Part shown: positions 53,701 through 64,000 of the stretch, one piece after another | How the letters are laid out: every line of letters begins with the position of its first letter | How positions within the stretch are numbered: position 1 is the stretch's first letter | From: Camelus dromedarius | Lineage: Eukaryota | DNA length: 64,000 bases | Direction: 5' to 3' | Assembly (NCBI RefSeq): GCF_036321535.1 | Contig: NC_087437.1 | Location: 31,250,001-31,314,000, forward strand | Notes under the pieces: generated by a model | The model's database searches: none | Told to the model about the DNA's origin: nothing | The model's input: the letters and a program-made list of their open reading frames with translations, nothing else | Program-made: the position numbers and the translations under genes

Positions 53701-54329
53701 GTAAGTACTCCGGGTATCACGTGGGGGTGGGCTGGGAGGTGGGAGATTGGGGAGGGTACCAGGAGATGCCTGGGGTCTGGGTCAGGACCCCATCACAGGT
53801 GAGAAGGGGCTTCCTGACCAGCTTTGCTTCAGAGCCCTTCCTGCCCCACACAAGGCTCCCCAGCTCAGGCCCAAAAGCCACTGTGTTCATGATGCCTTAG
53901 GAGGTCCCAGCAAGCAAAAAGAAATCTGACATTAAAGCACATTTTCGAGGAAGAGACTCCATGTCATTCCCATTCGGCAAGTGTAAAGGACCTCAGGGCA
54001 TGCATTTGTATACTCACCTCACCTACAGCATCATGTGGATTTTTTTTCCTATCCTTATCTTCCCTTTGCCTAAATGTCTCACTTTTTTTTCTATATTATA
54101 ATGTATTTTACATACTTTTACAATCTACCTGAAATGCTTTAGGGACACAGTGATATATATGTAATTCCTCCCAGCAAATGTAAATATTTAAAGAAGACTA
54201 AGTAGAGATGGCAGTTCTAACAGCATAAGGATGCATCTGAAATGGTAAAATCTGAGTGTGAGACTTGGGGAGGCATATGGCTTCCAGACATCCCTCAGAC
54301 AAGGGAAAAGGCAGCCTTGGTGTTCAGGC

Positions 54330-56450
54330 AATTCAAGATCATCAGACCTAGTCCTGTAATCTAGGAGAGTCTAGACCAGGATGGTAGCTGGGAAGTAGTG
54401 AGAAGTGGTCAGACTATGGCTATGTTTTGAAGGTCGAGCCAGGCAGATCTGTGGGATACTACTTGGGATACAAAAGAAGAGAGGAGAGTCAAAGATGACT
54501 CTAAGGTTTCTCCCTTGAGCAACAGAAAAGATGGGGTTGCCAGTAAGTGAGATTTGGAAGAAAGAAGGAGGAGAGACTTAGGAAGCAGGAGAGCTGATTG
54601 ACTGGGGACCCGTTAAGTCTGACATACCTATTAGACATCCAAGAAAAGAGGTATATAGGCAAATGAATGTGTGAATCTAGAATTTAGAAGAGAGATTTGA
54701 TCTGGACTTAGGATGACTTGGGAGTCATCAGCATGTAGATGCTGTTTAAGACACAAGACTGGATAAGAATATTAAGGAAGTGAAGACAGGTAGTACAGAA
54801 AAAAGGAGCACATGGTCTGAGACCTGGGAAGTCCAACAAAGAACACTGAAAACAAGCAGTCGGTGTGGAGGAGGAGAACCAGGAGAGCAGGGAGTCCTGG
54901 AATCTAAGTGAAGAAAACATTTCAAGGTGGGGTGGAGTGACCAAGCCTGTCAAATGCTGTTCATAGGTCAAGCAAGATGAGGACCAAGAATTGACCATTA
55001 GATTTAGCAACGTGGAAGTCACTGATGACTTTGAAAAGATCAGTTTTGGTGGAGAGAGGGGCTTATGCATGATTGGAGTAGCTTCAAGAGAAAGACAGGT
55101 GACTACTCTTCTGATGACATTTCTGTTAAGAGAAGCAGAAAAATGCAATGGCAGCTGGACAGGCAAGTGTGGTCGGAGAGGGAGCCTTTACACATGGGAG
55201 AAATGATGGCATATTTGTATACTGATGGGGAAATTCTTTTGAGAAGGAAAAAGATGGTTAAGATAAGTAGAGGAAAACTACCTGGGATTATTTCTTAAGG
55301 ACACAAGAGGAGAGTAACGTGAAGGAAGGCATGGGCTTTGAGGCTGGTAGGTGGGTTGATGGGGTGGTGGTGGTGGTGGTGGTGGTATCTTTACAAGTTC
55401 TCCTTTACTGCTTCTGTATTCTCCTTGAGACTCAGAAACAAGGTCATCAGCTCTTAGTGAGGATAAAGGGAGGTGTTGAATGATAGGGAAGAGAGAGGAT
55501 GTCTAAGAGAACAGAAGAGTAACTGGACCAGGGGGATACATCAGAGTGGCCAGACAGCATTAAGAACCTGCTTGAGGTTCATGCTAATAAATTTGAAGTG
55601 AGACCATCTCCATGTCTGTGTGTTTTTCCTCCAGTCATGTTCAGCCATGCAGGTCCACGTAGGGTTTTTCAAGGGTATAAGGTAAAATAAATAAATAAAT
55701 AAATAAGAGAGGCCAAGAAGCTGAAGATTCGTGCAAAGGGGTGATTATAATGATGGACCTTGGAACTGAACCTGAGCAGTGGGAAAATGAGGACTGGACC
55801 CAGGAAAATGAACAAGAGGTAAAATGAGGAGGCGGAAGAGGAGAAGGATCAGTGAATTGTACATCCAGAGGGCCCAAATGATTGTTGGAATAAGAGCAGT
55901 AGAGACAGTAATTTGCAAGCATAGAAAGTGATGGTTGGAAAGGCGGATGCTTGCAGTCGAGGTTACGGGGGGTTTGGCCATTGGTAATGACAAAGTCTAA
56001 GGCATGTCTACTGGGGGAGAGTGGCTGTGGTTGTGTTAAAGACAAGATCAGAAAAGAATATGAAAACGAATATATGTGAGTATATACATGACTGGGACAT
56101 TGTGCTGTACACCAGAGACTAACACATTGTAACTGACTGTACTTCAATTGAAAAAAAAAAAAAAAAAAAAAAAAAAGACAAGATCAGTGGAGTAGAAAAG
56201 GCCCAGAATCTGAGAGGGAACAGTGCAGAGAAGGATTATCTTTGGGGTCATTTAAATCACTGAAAAATATGACAAACCCAATATTGAAAAGAGTGACAGT
56301 GAAACAGAGCTAAAACTTTCTGATGAGAGGGACTGATTAAGAGGGGTAGGTAAGCGACTGCAACACAGAGGGACTGCTGATGTGAGAGTTGGAGCTGGTG
56401 GGGGAGGAGCTTGGAGGAGGGTCTCTTGACCCCTGTGGAAGAAAGTGTGG
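54330..56450 (-). mobile_element. Long LINE-2 fragment with degenerate ORF2 (RT and endonuclease remnants), interrupted by a young L1
   Basis: Minus-strand translations include LEMFSSLRFQDSLLSWFSS (L2 RT-like) and HALDFVIT (resembling the endonuclease HTLDLVIT motif). Typical L2 nucleotide motifs gtcaaatgctg...ttgaccattagatttagcaacgtggaagtcactgatgac. Confidence 0.8.
56052..56173 (+). mobile_element. Young 5'-truncated L1 3' end with poly(A) and 14-bp TSD
   Basis: TSD aaagacaagatcag at 56038-56051 and 56174-56187. Uninterrupted A run at 56151-56176. Confidence 0.92.
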
Positions 56451-56860
56451 AGACCAGGGAAGGGACGGTCGTGAATGAATAGAAGACAGTGGCAACTAAG
56501 TCTGCCTCCTTTCACTGTATTGCAAGGATATTGAAGGCTAAAGATGCCTGAGTTTTGCTGTCTCCTTAATGATACGATTTAGGAAGCGAGGGTGGTCTTT
56601 GTTCACTGTAAGACTAAGGGCACTTGACATTTGCTTAATTTATGGCTCTGATTTTACTATCATTTACTTGTATTTGAAAGACCCTGTAGATTCATTATCA
56701 GGAATAGTCTAACCTTAGTTTTTTTGAGAGTATTTAATGGTAAATAACTATTCATTATTTATTATTGAAAGAAATTCAGAAATACAGTGAACAATCATAG
56801 ACAATTATCTCATAGAAGCAATATCTGTGATGGAAAATAAATTTAGTCAAAAGTACATAG

Positions 56861-57151
56861 CAGACTTACATAGAAAACAAACTTATGGTTACCAGAGGGA
56901 AAGGGGGTGGGAAGGGACAAATTGGGAGTTCGAGACTTGCAGATACTAACTACTATATATAAAATAGATTAACAACAAGTTTATACTGTATAGCACAGGG
57001 AACTGTATTCAATATCTTGTAGTAACCTATAATGAAAAAGAATATGAAGATGAATATATGTATGTATATGTATGACTGAACTATTATGCTGTACACCAGA
57101 GATTGACACATTGTAAACTGACTATACTTCAATAAAAAAGAAAAAGAAAAA
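56861..57151 (+). mobile_element. 5'-truncated L1 3' end with 12-bp TSD
   Basis: TSD aaaagtacatag at 56849-56860 and 57152-57163. Body agaaaacaaacttatggttacc...ctgtatagcacagggaact...tacttcaataaaa. Confidence 0.92.
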
Positions 57152-58113
57152 AAAAGTACATAGAAGACTCAACCAAAAGCCCTTAAGACTATAAAAAAAT
57201 TCATGTGCCTATGAAGTGCCACGTGTAAATGAGTCTCCAAAGGGCAGACCAGTTTTTTAAAAAAAATCTCATTGTGTGTGAGCTGTAGGTATTTTGGTGA
57301 GCTTTGAAACAGACTTGATTCAGCAGCAGCAAGCCCTAATTTGAGTTTTTTCTGAGAGCTTGAACACTTGTGGTAAGATACTGCATGAAAAATAGGAGGA
57401 AACCAGAAGTTCATGGGGCTGATTGGCTTCATTCCAAACAGGTAACAAAGCTTGAATAAGTGTTCTTTGAGAACTTTTCTGAGCTGCCTCTGTAGGCCAT
57501 TGGAGACCAAAAAAATCATAGAAAGGAATAATGCACCAGCCTTAGGTAATTTCTCGGGCTCTGCAGACCACAGCTCTCAAGTCCAGGTGAAGCCGGGTTT
57601 ACTGCTGTAGGCTTGGGGTCTCAGCTCAGTTACAGCTCGTGTTCAACTGAGACTTAGGAAATTAAGCTTTAAGTGTTCTAAGCAGTCACGTGACTATAGA
57701 TGTCTTTTACTGAAATGCTCTAAAGGTCATATTAAAGTTAACGATGCTGACTTTCTTCTCTACCAGAGGAGAATAGGCTGGGAATTACTTGCCCCGTCAA
57801 GCTTCCTTTGGATAAACTGAGAGCAGGTGTAATGGGAGCAGAAAGGTGAAATAACTGGAGGATGAACTGAAGATACATCTGAAGGAACACAGCTGTGCCA
57901 ACAAGAGAAATGGGGGTGGGGGAATTAAGTGGAAACCCAGCTGTGGACTGCTGTGGCCAAACTGGTTTATAAATTCACTGACCACTGCTATCAAGACCCA
58001 AAGTCAAAGAAACTGATGGGAAAGGAGTAAATCCACCAAAGAGTGGCTGAACATCATCTCAGTCTAGGGGCAAGTGGGATCATCTTCTGAGAGAGGAAGA
58101 GGAGAATTTGCGT

Positions 58114-58460
58114 ATTCATTCATTCATTCATTCATTCATTCATTCATTCTCAGCAAACATTTAGAAAGCCAGGCACTGCGCTGGTTACAGGGGATACCAA
58201 GATGAGGGCAATGGCCCTGCTGTCACACCACGCACAGTGTAGTAGGAGTCAGGGGGCAAGCACAGACAGCACACTGGGGGGATGCCATAATGGAGGGTAG
58301 GCCCACCAAGCGAGAGGAAGGTCTCCTGGGGAATCTGGGGCAGCTTCCCAGGGAAGGTTGAGTTGAGTCTTGAGTTAAGACTGGGAGGGGAGTCATCAAG
58401 CAGAGAAAGAGAGTGAAGGATGCAAGATGGAGGGGGCAATGCCCACAATGGTGGGGAGGG
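58114..58460 (-). mobile_element. LINE-2 3' end with expanded (CATT)n tail (about 58114-58148)
   Basis: (attc)n followed by cagcaaacattta...gccaggcactgcgctgg. Confidence 0.7.
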
Positions 58461-58824
58461 AGACCCACGGAGCTGGGGGTACTGGGGGAAGCAATAATGG
58501 AGATGTAGACTACTGCCAGTGCAAAGCGTTGGGGAACCACAAGAACCAAGCCAGGAAGGAAGTCTAGGCCTGATCAGGAGGGCCCTTGCTGAGGCACTGA
58601 GTCCTTGTCCTCTAGGTCTCTGGTGTCCCCCCATGTCCTATAGCCCCAAGGTCTTGGGGAACACTGGGGGGATGAGGGCCAGACAGGGCTCCACCTCTCT
58701 CTGTCTCCTCCTTCCATTGCCACAACTTCCATCAAGGTAATTCTCCTTTTCCTAAAGAAAAATACAAAAAATTTTAATGTAAATTTAAATTTTTTACATA
58801 TAAATAAAAATTTCAAAATGTAAT

Positions 58825-59335
58825 ATGTCAGAAATGACTTTATAAAGCAGTTGTAGGTTCACAGCAACACAACATTGAGCAGAAGGCACAGAAAGTTCCC
58901 CTTACATCACATCCACACAGCGTCCCCCACTATCCACATCCCACACCACAGTAGTACATTTGTTAACAGTCCCACACTGACACATCATTGTCACCCAAAG
59001 GCTATATTTACATTAGGGATATGTATAACTTTGGTGTTCTGCATTCTTTGGATTTGGACAAATGTAATGATGTGTATCTACCATTACAGGATCACCCAGA
59101 GTAGTTTCACGGTCCTAGGAATCCTCTGTGCTCTCTCTGTGTATCTCTCTGCCCCCAACCCCTGGCCTCCACTGCTCCTTTTACTGTTTCCATAGTTTCA
59201 TGTTTTCCAGAATTTAATGTAGTGTGGACACCCTATAGTATGTAGCCTTTTCATATTGGCTTCTTTCACTTAGTAATGTGCATTTGTTTCCTCCATGTCT
59301 TTTCATGGTTTAATAGCTCATTTCTTTTTAGTGCT
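58825..59335 (-). mobile_element. L1MC-like 3' UTR fragment
   Basis: agcagttgtaggttcacagcaa...attgagcagaaggcacagaaagttccc...gatttggacaaatgtaatga...ttggcttctttcacttagtaatgtgcattt. Confidence 0.8.
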
Positions 59336-59799
59336 TTATATTACATTTTGAAGGGGAAGAAAAAGCATCCTTCTGCCCCCCAAAAAGTTTTAAACCCTCC
59401 TTGTAGCTTATGAAAAGCCATCTAAAAACTTGGATCAGGAGTAGGACATGGTCAGATGTATCAGAACTGCTTTCTGGCAGCAATGTGACTGTGCTTTCTG
59501 GCTAGGTCAGAGGGAGAGAGGGCTGAGACTGGAGGCAGGGAGATTAACTGGGAGTCAGGTGATGAGGCAGTGGTACTAAAGATGTACAGGAAGGAGGAAT
59601 CAGCAGGACTTGGTGACCTTGGGATGCAGAATGAGAGGTCTCCCTGAGCAGAGGAGGTTGCCTGGGTTCCTGGACTGGGCGTGTGGGTGGAAATCTGAAA
59701 TCTCCGAAGGAGGAGATGCAGGAGGGAGCAGAAGAGGAAGGAGGACAGAGAAGCAGGAGCACTGTTATGGAGCAGTGACTAGTTCCATACAATAAATCT

Positions 59800-59972
59800 C
59801 TCATATATATACATATATAGGTAATCTCTCTATATGTAAATATATTCATATATTTTCTATATAGTTATATATAGAAAAATAAAATAGGAAATATAGTTAT
59901 CTATATAACTTACACAGTTATATAGAAAATATATATAAATATGTAAATATTTATATATAAAGAGCTATATAG
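59800..59972. repeat. AT-rich low-complexity / degenerate (TA)n tract
   Basis: Read directly from the sequence. Confidence 0.85.
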
Positions 59973-60465
59973 TAAGGAATTTTAAAAGGACTTTTAAGCT
60001 TTTGTTTCTCTAGAGAACCCTAACTAGTAAAAGCATTTTGCCAGTTCTATAAAACGTCACACGGATGTATGTGGCGAGGTGAACAGGCAGGTATTTAAAG
60101 ATAAAATTTACGAGAAGACAGAGGAAGCATAATGGTGGAGGGGGGTCACTTGCTCACTTTTCAGCTGAGCACACACGGAACCTCGTGTAGAATGCCGTCC
60201 TCCCCAAAGGAGTCCTCCTGGGCTGACCAATGGTCGGGAAGGGCACGTTATGCGGTCCCGCCAGACAGGGCTGGGTCCAGATCTAAGCAGCGAAGGAGAG
60301 AAGGAACCCCCATGCCTTCAGGGCCCTGATCTCCACAAACCTCCAGGCAGTAACTCCCAGGCAGAGTGCACTGACTCCGCGATCATCATGTTCTGTGTTC
60401 ATTCAGGCAGCCCTTCCACACTTCATCCTCGAAGGAATGAAGTCATAAAGTAAAATGGTCCACAC

Positions 60466-60515
60466 AACATTGTAAAATGATTATAAATCAATAAAAAATG
60501 TTAAAAAAAAAAAAA
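60466..60515 (+). mobile_element. Ultra-short retroposed insertion (L1 extreme 3' end plus poly(A)) with 19-bp TSD
   Basis: Perfect direct repeat aaagtaaaatggtccacac at 60447-60465 and 60516-60534. Insert aacattgtaaaatgattataaatcaataaaaaatgtt(A)n resembles the L1 tail at about 57108-57138. Confidence 0.88.
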
Positions 60516-62019
60516 AAAGTAAAATGGTCCACACCTTGGAGAGGCTGAGTCTCTCCAGAGGTGTTCCTCCCCACCTCCGGCTGCACAGCAGGTTGGCCGG
60601 TGATGCTTTTTGCAGTGCAGACAACTGGTCTCCACCCAGCCCTTTTGAATGAGAAGCTCCCAAGGTGGGCACCAGGCACAGGGGTTTTAAAGGCAGCCCC
60701 CATGACTCTGAGGCAGCAGTGGGGCCGGAGCCCATTCCTCACCAGATGGAAAGAGGTGGATACGTGGGAGACCCGGTATCCGCTGAGCCAGGTGCCGGCT
60801 GTGCTTTTACCCACCTAGGTGGCTGCTGTCCCCAGACCTAGCCCCTGGAGCTGGCCTGGGACATTTCCACCTGAACTGCAGGTGGAAAGGCTGCCCAGCT
60901 CAGGGATGGCCTCAGGGTTCTCTGGAGCCGGCGTCCTGGGAAGGCCCCTGGGGCAGGCAGATTGAGCCCACCTCCCCTTCCATCCATCGCCTGTCTTAGC
61001 TCTGCCCTAACCAAGGGAACCTTCTAGAGCAAATGCAGTGAGTCTTAAGACTAAACTGTGTGGGCTTCTTTTCCATGTGTTGCATATGTGCAGGATGAAC
61101 TCCTGGCTCGGCTCCCTCTGCCTTAGAGACGCTCTCATGCACTAAATATTTTGACATTAGGAGAGCATGACATGAAATGCTTAACATGGCTGATATTATT
61201 TTTCTGACACCCTGCATGAGTCCCATTCCAGTTGCCAAGGCCAGTGTAAACTCGCCACCTCACATAGTAGTATAAGAACACAACCACAACAACATGAAGT
61301 ATTTATGAAGTGCCTCTGAGACACGAGAAATGATTTTAAAAGGACAACTTCCCTCAGAGAGTTTACCAGTTTCTCTGTATAACACAGAGTGAACTATCTT
61401 AAGACCAGAATACCCACAGAATTTAAATGGTGCATGAATATTAAACATGTAACGAGAGAATTTTAGGCTTGTCACTTTTCCTGGAAAGTCTACCTTGAAT
61501 AAATGCCATGGTGTGTACATGCTAAAAAAGAAGAGGCTTTTGTATTTTTACAAAATTGCCTCAGAATATTTCTTCCTCATTTCCTCCTTTCGTGGATAAA
61601 ATCCTTCTTCAGAACTGCTCACAATTTGCTTGCCCTCTGAATTACCGGTGGCGGCCGGCCACGTGCCTTTTCTTCCCTCGCAGAGGCTGTCCGGCGCTGA
61701 GACACGGCGGGCGGGACAGATGGGCAGCCTGATGCTCCACACGTTGTGTGAGTTGGGTTCAGGGAAGAACCTGAGAAGAAAAGGCAGGAAAGTCTACACG
61801 GACACACACACGCACACACACACCCTCATCTCCCCCAGTGCAGTTGCAAAAGGATGAGTCGCCCTCATTGGCTAACCTGCGATCCAAAAATAAAACAAAT
61901 CATTGCAAAACCATCAGCAAGTGGGGGGCACAAGGTTTTCCCCAGGCCCAGATAAGGGCAATTTGTTGGAACTGATGACAATTTATAAACATGGTCTCAA
62001 GGCTGTGAGAGGGAGAATT

Positions 62020-62115
62020 AGTCTTTGTGATCATCACCCCCTTTACAGATGAGAAAAACAGAGGTAGGAAGAGGGGAAAGTCTTGTTCAAGGCCAGTGGT
62101 AGGGACGGCAGAGCC
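62020..62115 (-). mobile_element. MIR core fragment
   Basis: atcaccccctttacagatgagaaaaacagagg...cttgttcaaggcca. Confidence 0.65.
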
Positions 62116-63069
62116 CGCATCTCCCACCCCTGGACTCTCCACCAGCCGCCTGTTTCCCTGCCACCCCACCCACCTCCAGCGTCCACACGCTCACAGCCAC
62201 CGCCATGTCCCCATCTCTGCCCTTGAGACGCGAACGGCTGGACCAGGCATGTAAGGCCCCTTCCAGCTCTAACAGTCGTGATGTGGGCAAGTTCAGCACG
62301 ACTCCCTGGTGGCAGCTCGGTGAAAGGGCCTTTATTTTAGAACCAGTGTTAGAGCCTGAACAGCTCTTGGCATCACTGTCCAGAGGAGGGTAGACAAAGA
62401 TTCCATCAAATTCCACAGACTGGGGCCAGAATCCATGACTCATAGTCCACAATCAGGTGAGCTTTCCCTATAAGAGATTTCAAAGTAAGAGGGCAGCTGA
62501 GAGCTGACATTTTAGTTTTGTTTGGATGCCTTGAATGAAGCTCTTAACTCCTGACTTTCCCTCCCGTGCACAGAGCCCTAAAGACCTCAAAAAGTCCTGC
62601 CATAGCTCCTGTACTCACAGGAGAAACACACCTGTGTACACCCAAGTCTATTCATATTGTTCACCCAGAGTTTGTCCTGTACACTCGACATTTATAAAGA
62701 GTACATTTATAAGATTATTTTCCTACACCCTTTGCAATATGAGAGCCCAAGTGAAAGTTTCATAATTTCAGTCAGCCGTGCAGTTGAGCTACTCCAATAG
62801 TGAGGCTAAAAAATGGGGGAACCTGTTGGGGTGCTGTCCTCTTGTATGGTGGGGGCTGTGCCTCTGGTGTGCTTGGGTTAAGCAAGGCAAGGCCATGGGG
62901 AGCCACTTCTGGGAGGGCAGCATAAATGCCTAATGGGGGACCTGCCGTGGGGCAACACGCTGATAGGAAATGTGTGGGGATTCGGAGATTTGTACGTTGG
63001 TGTTAGAGGCCTCAGCTGGATGAAGTTAGGAATGAAATCCGTTATTTTTAGCTCTATTGAGTGTGAATC

Positions 63070-63430
63070 CATCAGAAGCCTTCTTGAGTAAGTAAGTAAA
63101 CAGAAAACCCAGTTCAAAGCAAAGCAAAATCATTAGCTTAAGCAAAAGCAGGTATTTCTAGGCTCGTATGGACAGCAGACCTTTTGGCTTGACCCAGGGA
63201 TCAGACTATGAGCTCTGCAAACTGCAGTTAGTTTCCATTCTCAGGCTGCCCTCAGAGTGACAAGACGGCTGCAGAGGTGCCAAGCTTCGTGTCCCATTGG
63301 CTCTGTGTGTCTATGCCTGAACCAGTTCCTGAAGAACTGCCATCAGTCAAGAACCACCCCTAAAGCTGGGGAAGGGTTTAAATCCACCCCAGCCACACAA
63401 TGCAGATTCCCAAAGGAAATTTAAAGGGCC
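63070..63430 (-). mobile_element. Probable MLT1 (MaLR) LTR fragment
   Basis: gtaagtaaacagaaaaccca...gcttaagcaaaag...ggctcgt...caagacggctgca...gattcccaaaggaaa. Confidence 0.45.
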
Positions 63431-64000
63431 CTGGCTTACAGGGCTAAGAGTTCCTCTTCTCTGAGTTAAGAAGAAAAGATATTCCTGGATCCTGAAAACC
63501 CTTCTCCTTCTTATTGTGGCTTGTCTAAGCCTGATCTATGTCATCAGTAGCCAAGGTGGAAAATTAAAATCCTCCCAGCCTTTTCTACAGCATGAGGGGC
63601 GCTCAGAGTTTGCTGGACTGGCTTGTGTTTATGTCCGCCCCCTCAGTTTGCCTAAAGGACAGAATTTTCCTCTGCAGGGTAAATGTGTACCTTTGCCTTT
63701 TTACTACTTCCCCACCATGTTGAGGGATCAGTGAGACCAGAGGCTCATTTACAAATAAAAGCTTCATCCTAACACCTGGATAATGACAGTACACAAAGGA
63801 GCATCTCCAAGCAGGCAAAGCAGAAGATACCGCCAATGCTCATTTTATATCTGACAACTAATTAAAACGAGAGGAGGAGGAGGCTACCCAAAATGCAATT
63901 ACAGAAAATGGGTGAGGAGGTAATGAGCAGGAGCTAAATTAGAGCTGACAGTCTAGCCGTGGGGATTTCTTCAGGCTGACGAGAGGGAAACAGGAGATGA

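Larger units (their letters stand above)
53701..64000 (+). other. KCNAB1: Start of the following intron
   Basis: GTAAGT donor. The next expected exon (TWVTFGGQISDE-like) was not seen in the remaining sequence or in the ORF track. Confidence 0.8.

Noticed and set aside
53634..53900. 88-aa ORF as a full protein
   Set aside because: Only the 44-nt spliced segment matches Kv-beta; the rest is intron read-through.
54708..56147. 152-aa and 168-aa minus-strand ORFs
   Set aside because: They are decayed L2 ORF2, and the second begins inside an L1 tail.
62291..62310. REST/NRSE-like start ttcagcac
   Set aside because: The right half-site (GGACAG) is absent.
1..64000. A novel multi-gene system, CRISPR array, operon or RNA-gene cluster
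   Set aside because: The window is eukaryotic intronic DNA. I saw no repeat-spacer array, no tRNA or rRNA, and no recognisable protein other than the one Kv-beta exon.

Overview
Mammalian genomic DNA, repeat-rich and almost entirely intronic. The only coding sequence I can support is one 44-nt + strand exon at 53657-53700. It has a canonical AG/GT boundary and encodes (R)NLGKSGLRVSCLGL(G), the first shared core exon of a Kv-beta (aldo-keto reductase fold) subunit gene, most likely KCNAB1. The window is therefore probably about 53.6 kb of the very long upstream intron plus about 10 kb of the next intron. The rest is ancient eutherian repeats (L2, MIR, L1M, MER5A/33/53/58/81/94, Charlie4a, MLT1), two solo ERV LTRs, several young L1 3' ends with intact target-site duplications, and microsatellites. 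The L1 tails, together with no recognisable Alu, B1, SINEC, Bov-tA/BovB or PRE-1, suggest a cetartiodactyl, plausibly a camelid (inference). Repeat family names come from remembered consensus sequences and their boundaries are approximate unless a TSD is given. I found no evidence for a novel multi-gene system. The best leads are local: very young, possibly polymorphic L1 insertions, a 49-bp hairpin-containing tandem duplication, a G-run cluster just after the exon, a candidate poison exon in a CpG-rich patch, and CTCF-like motifs.
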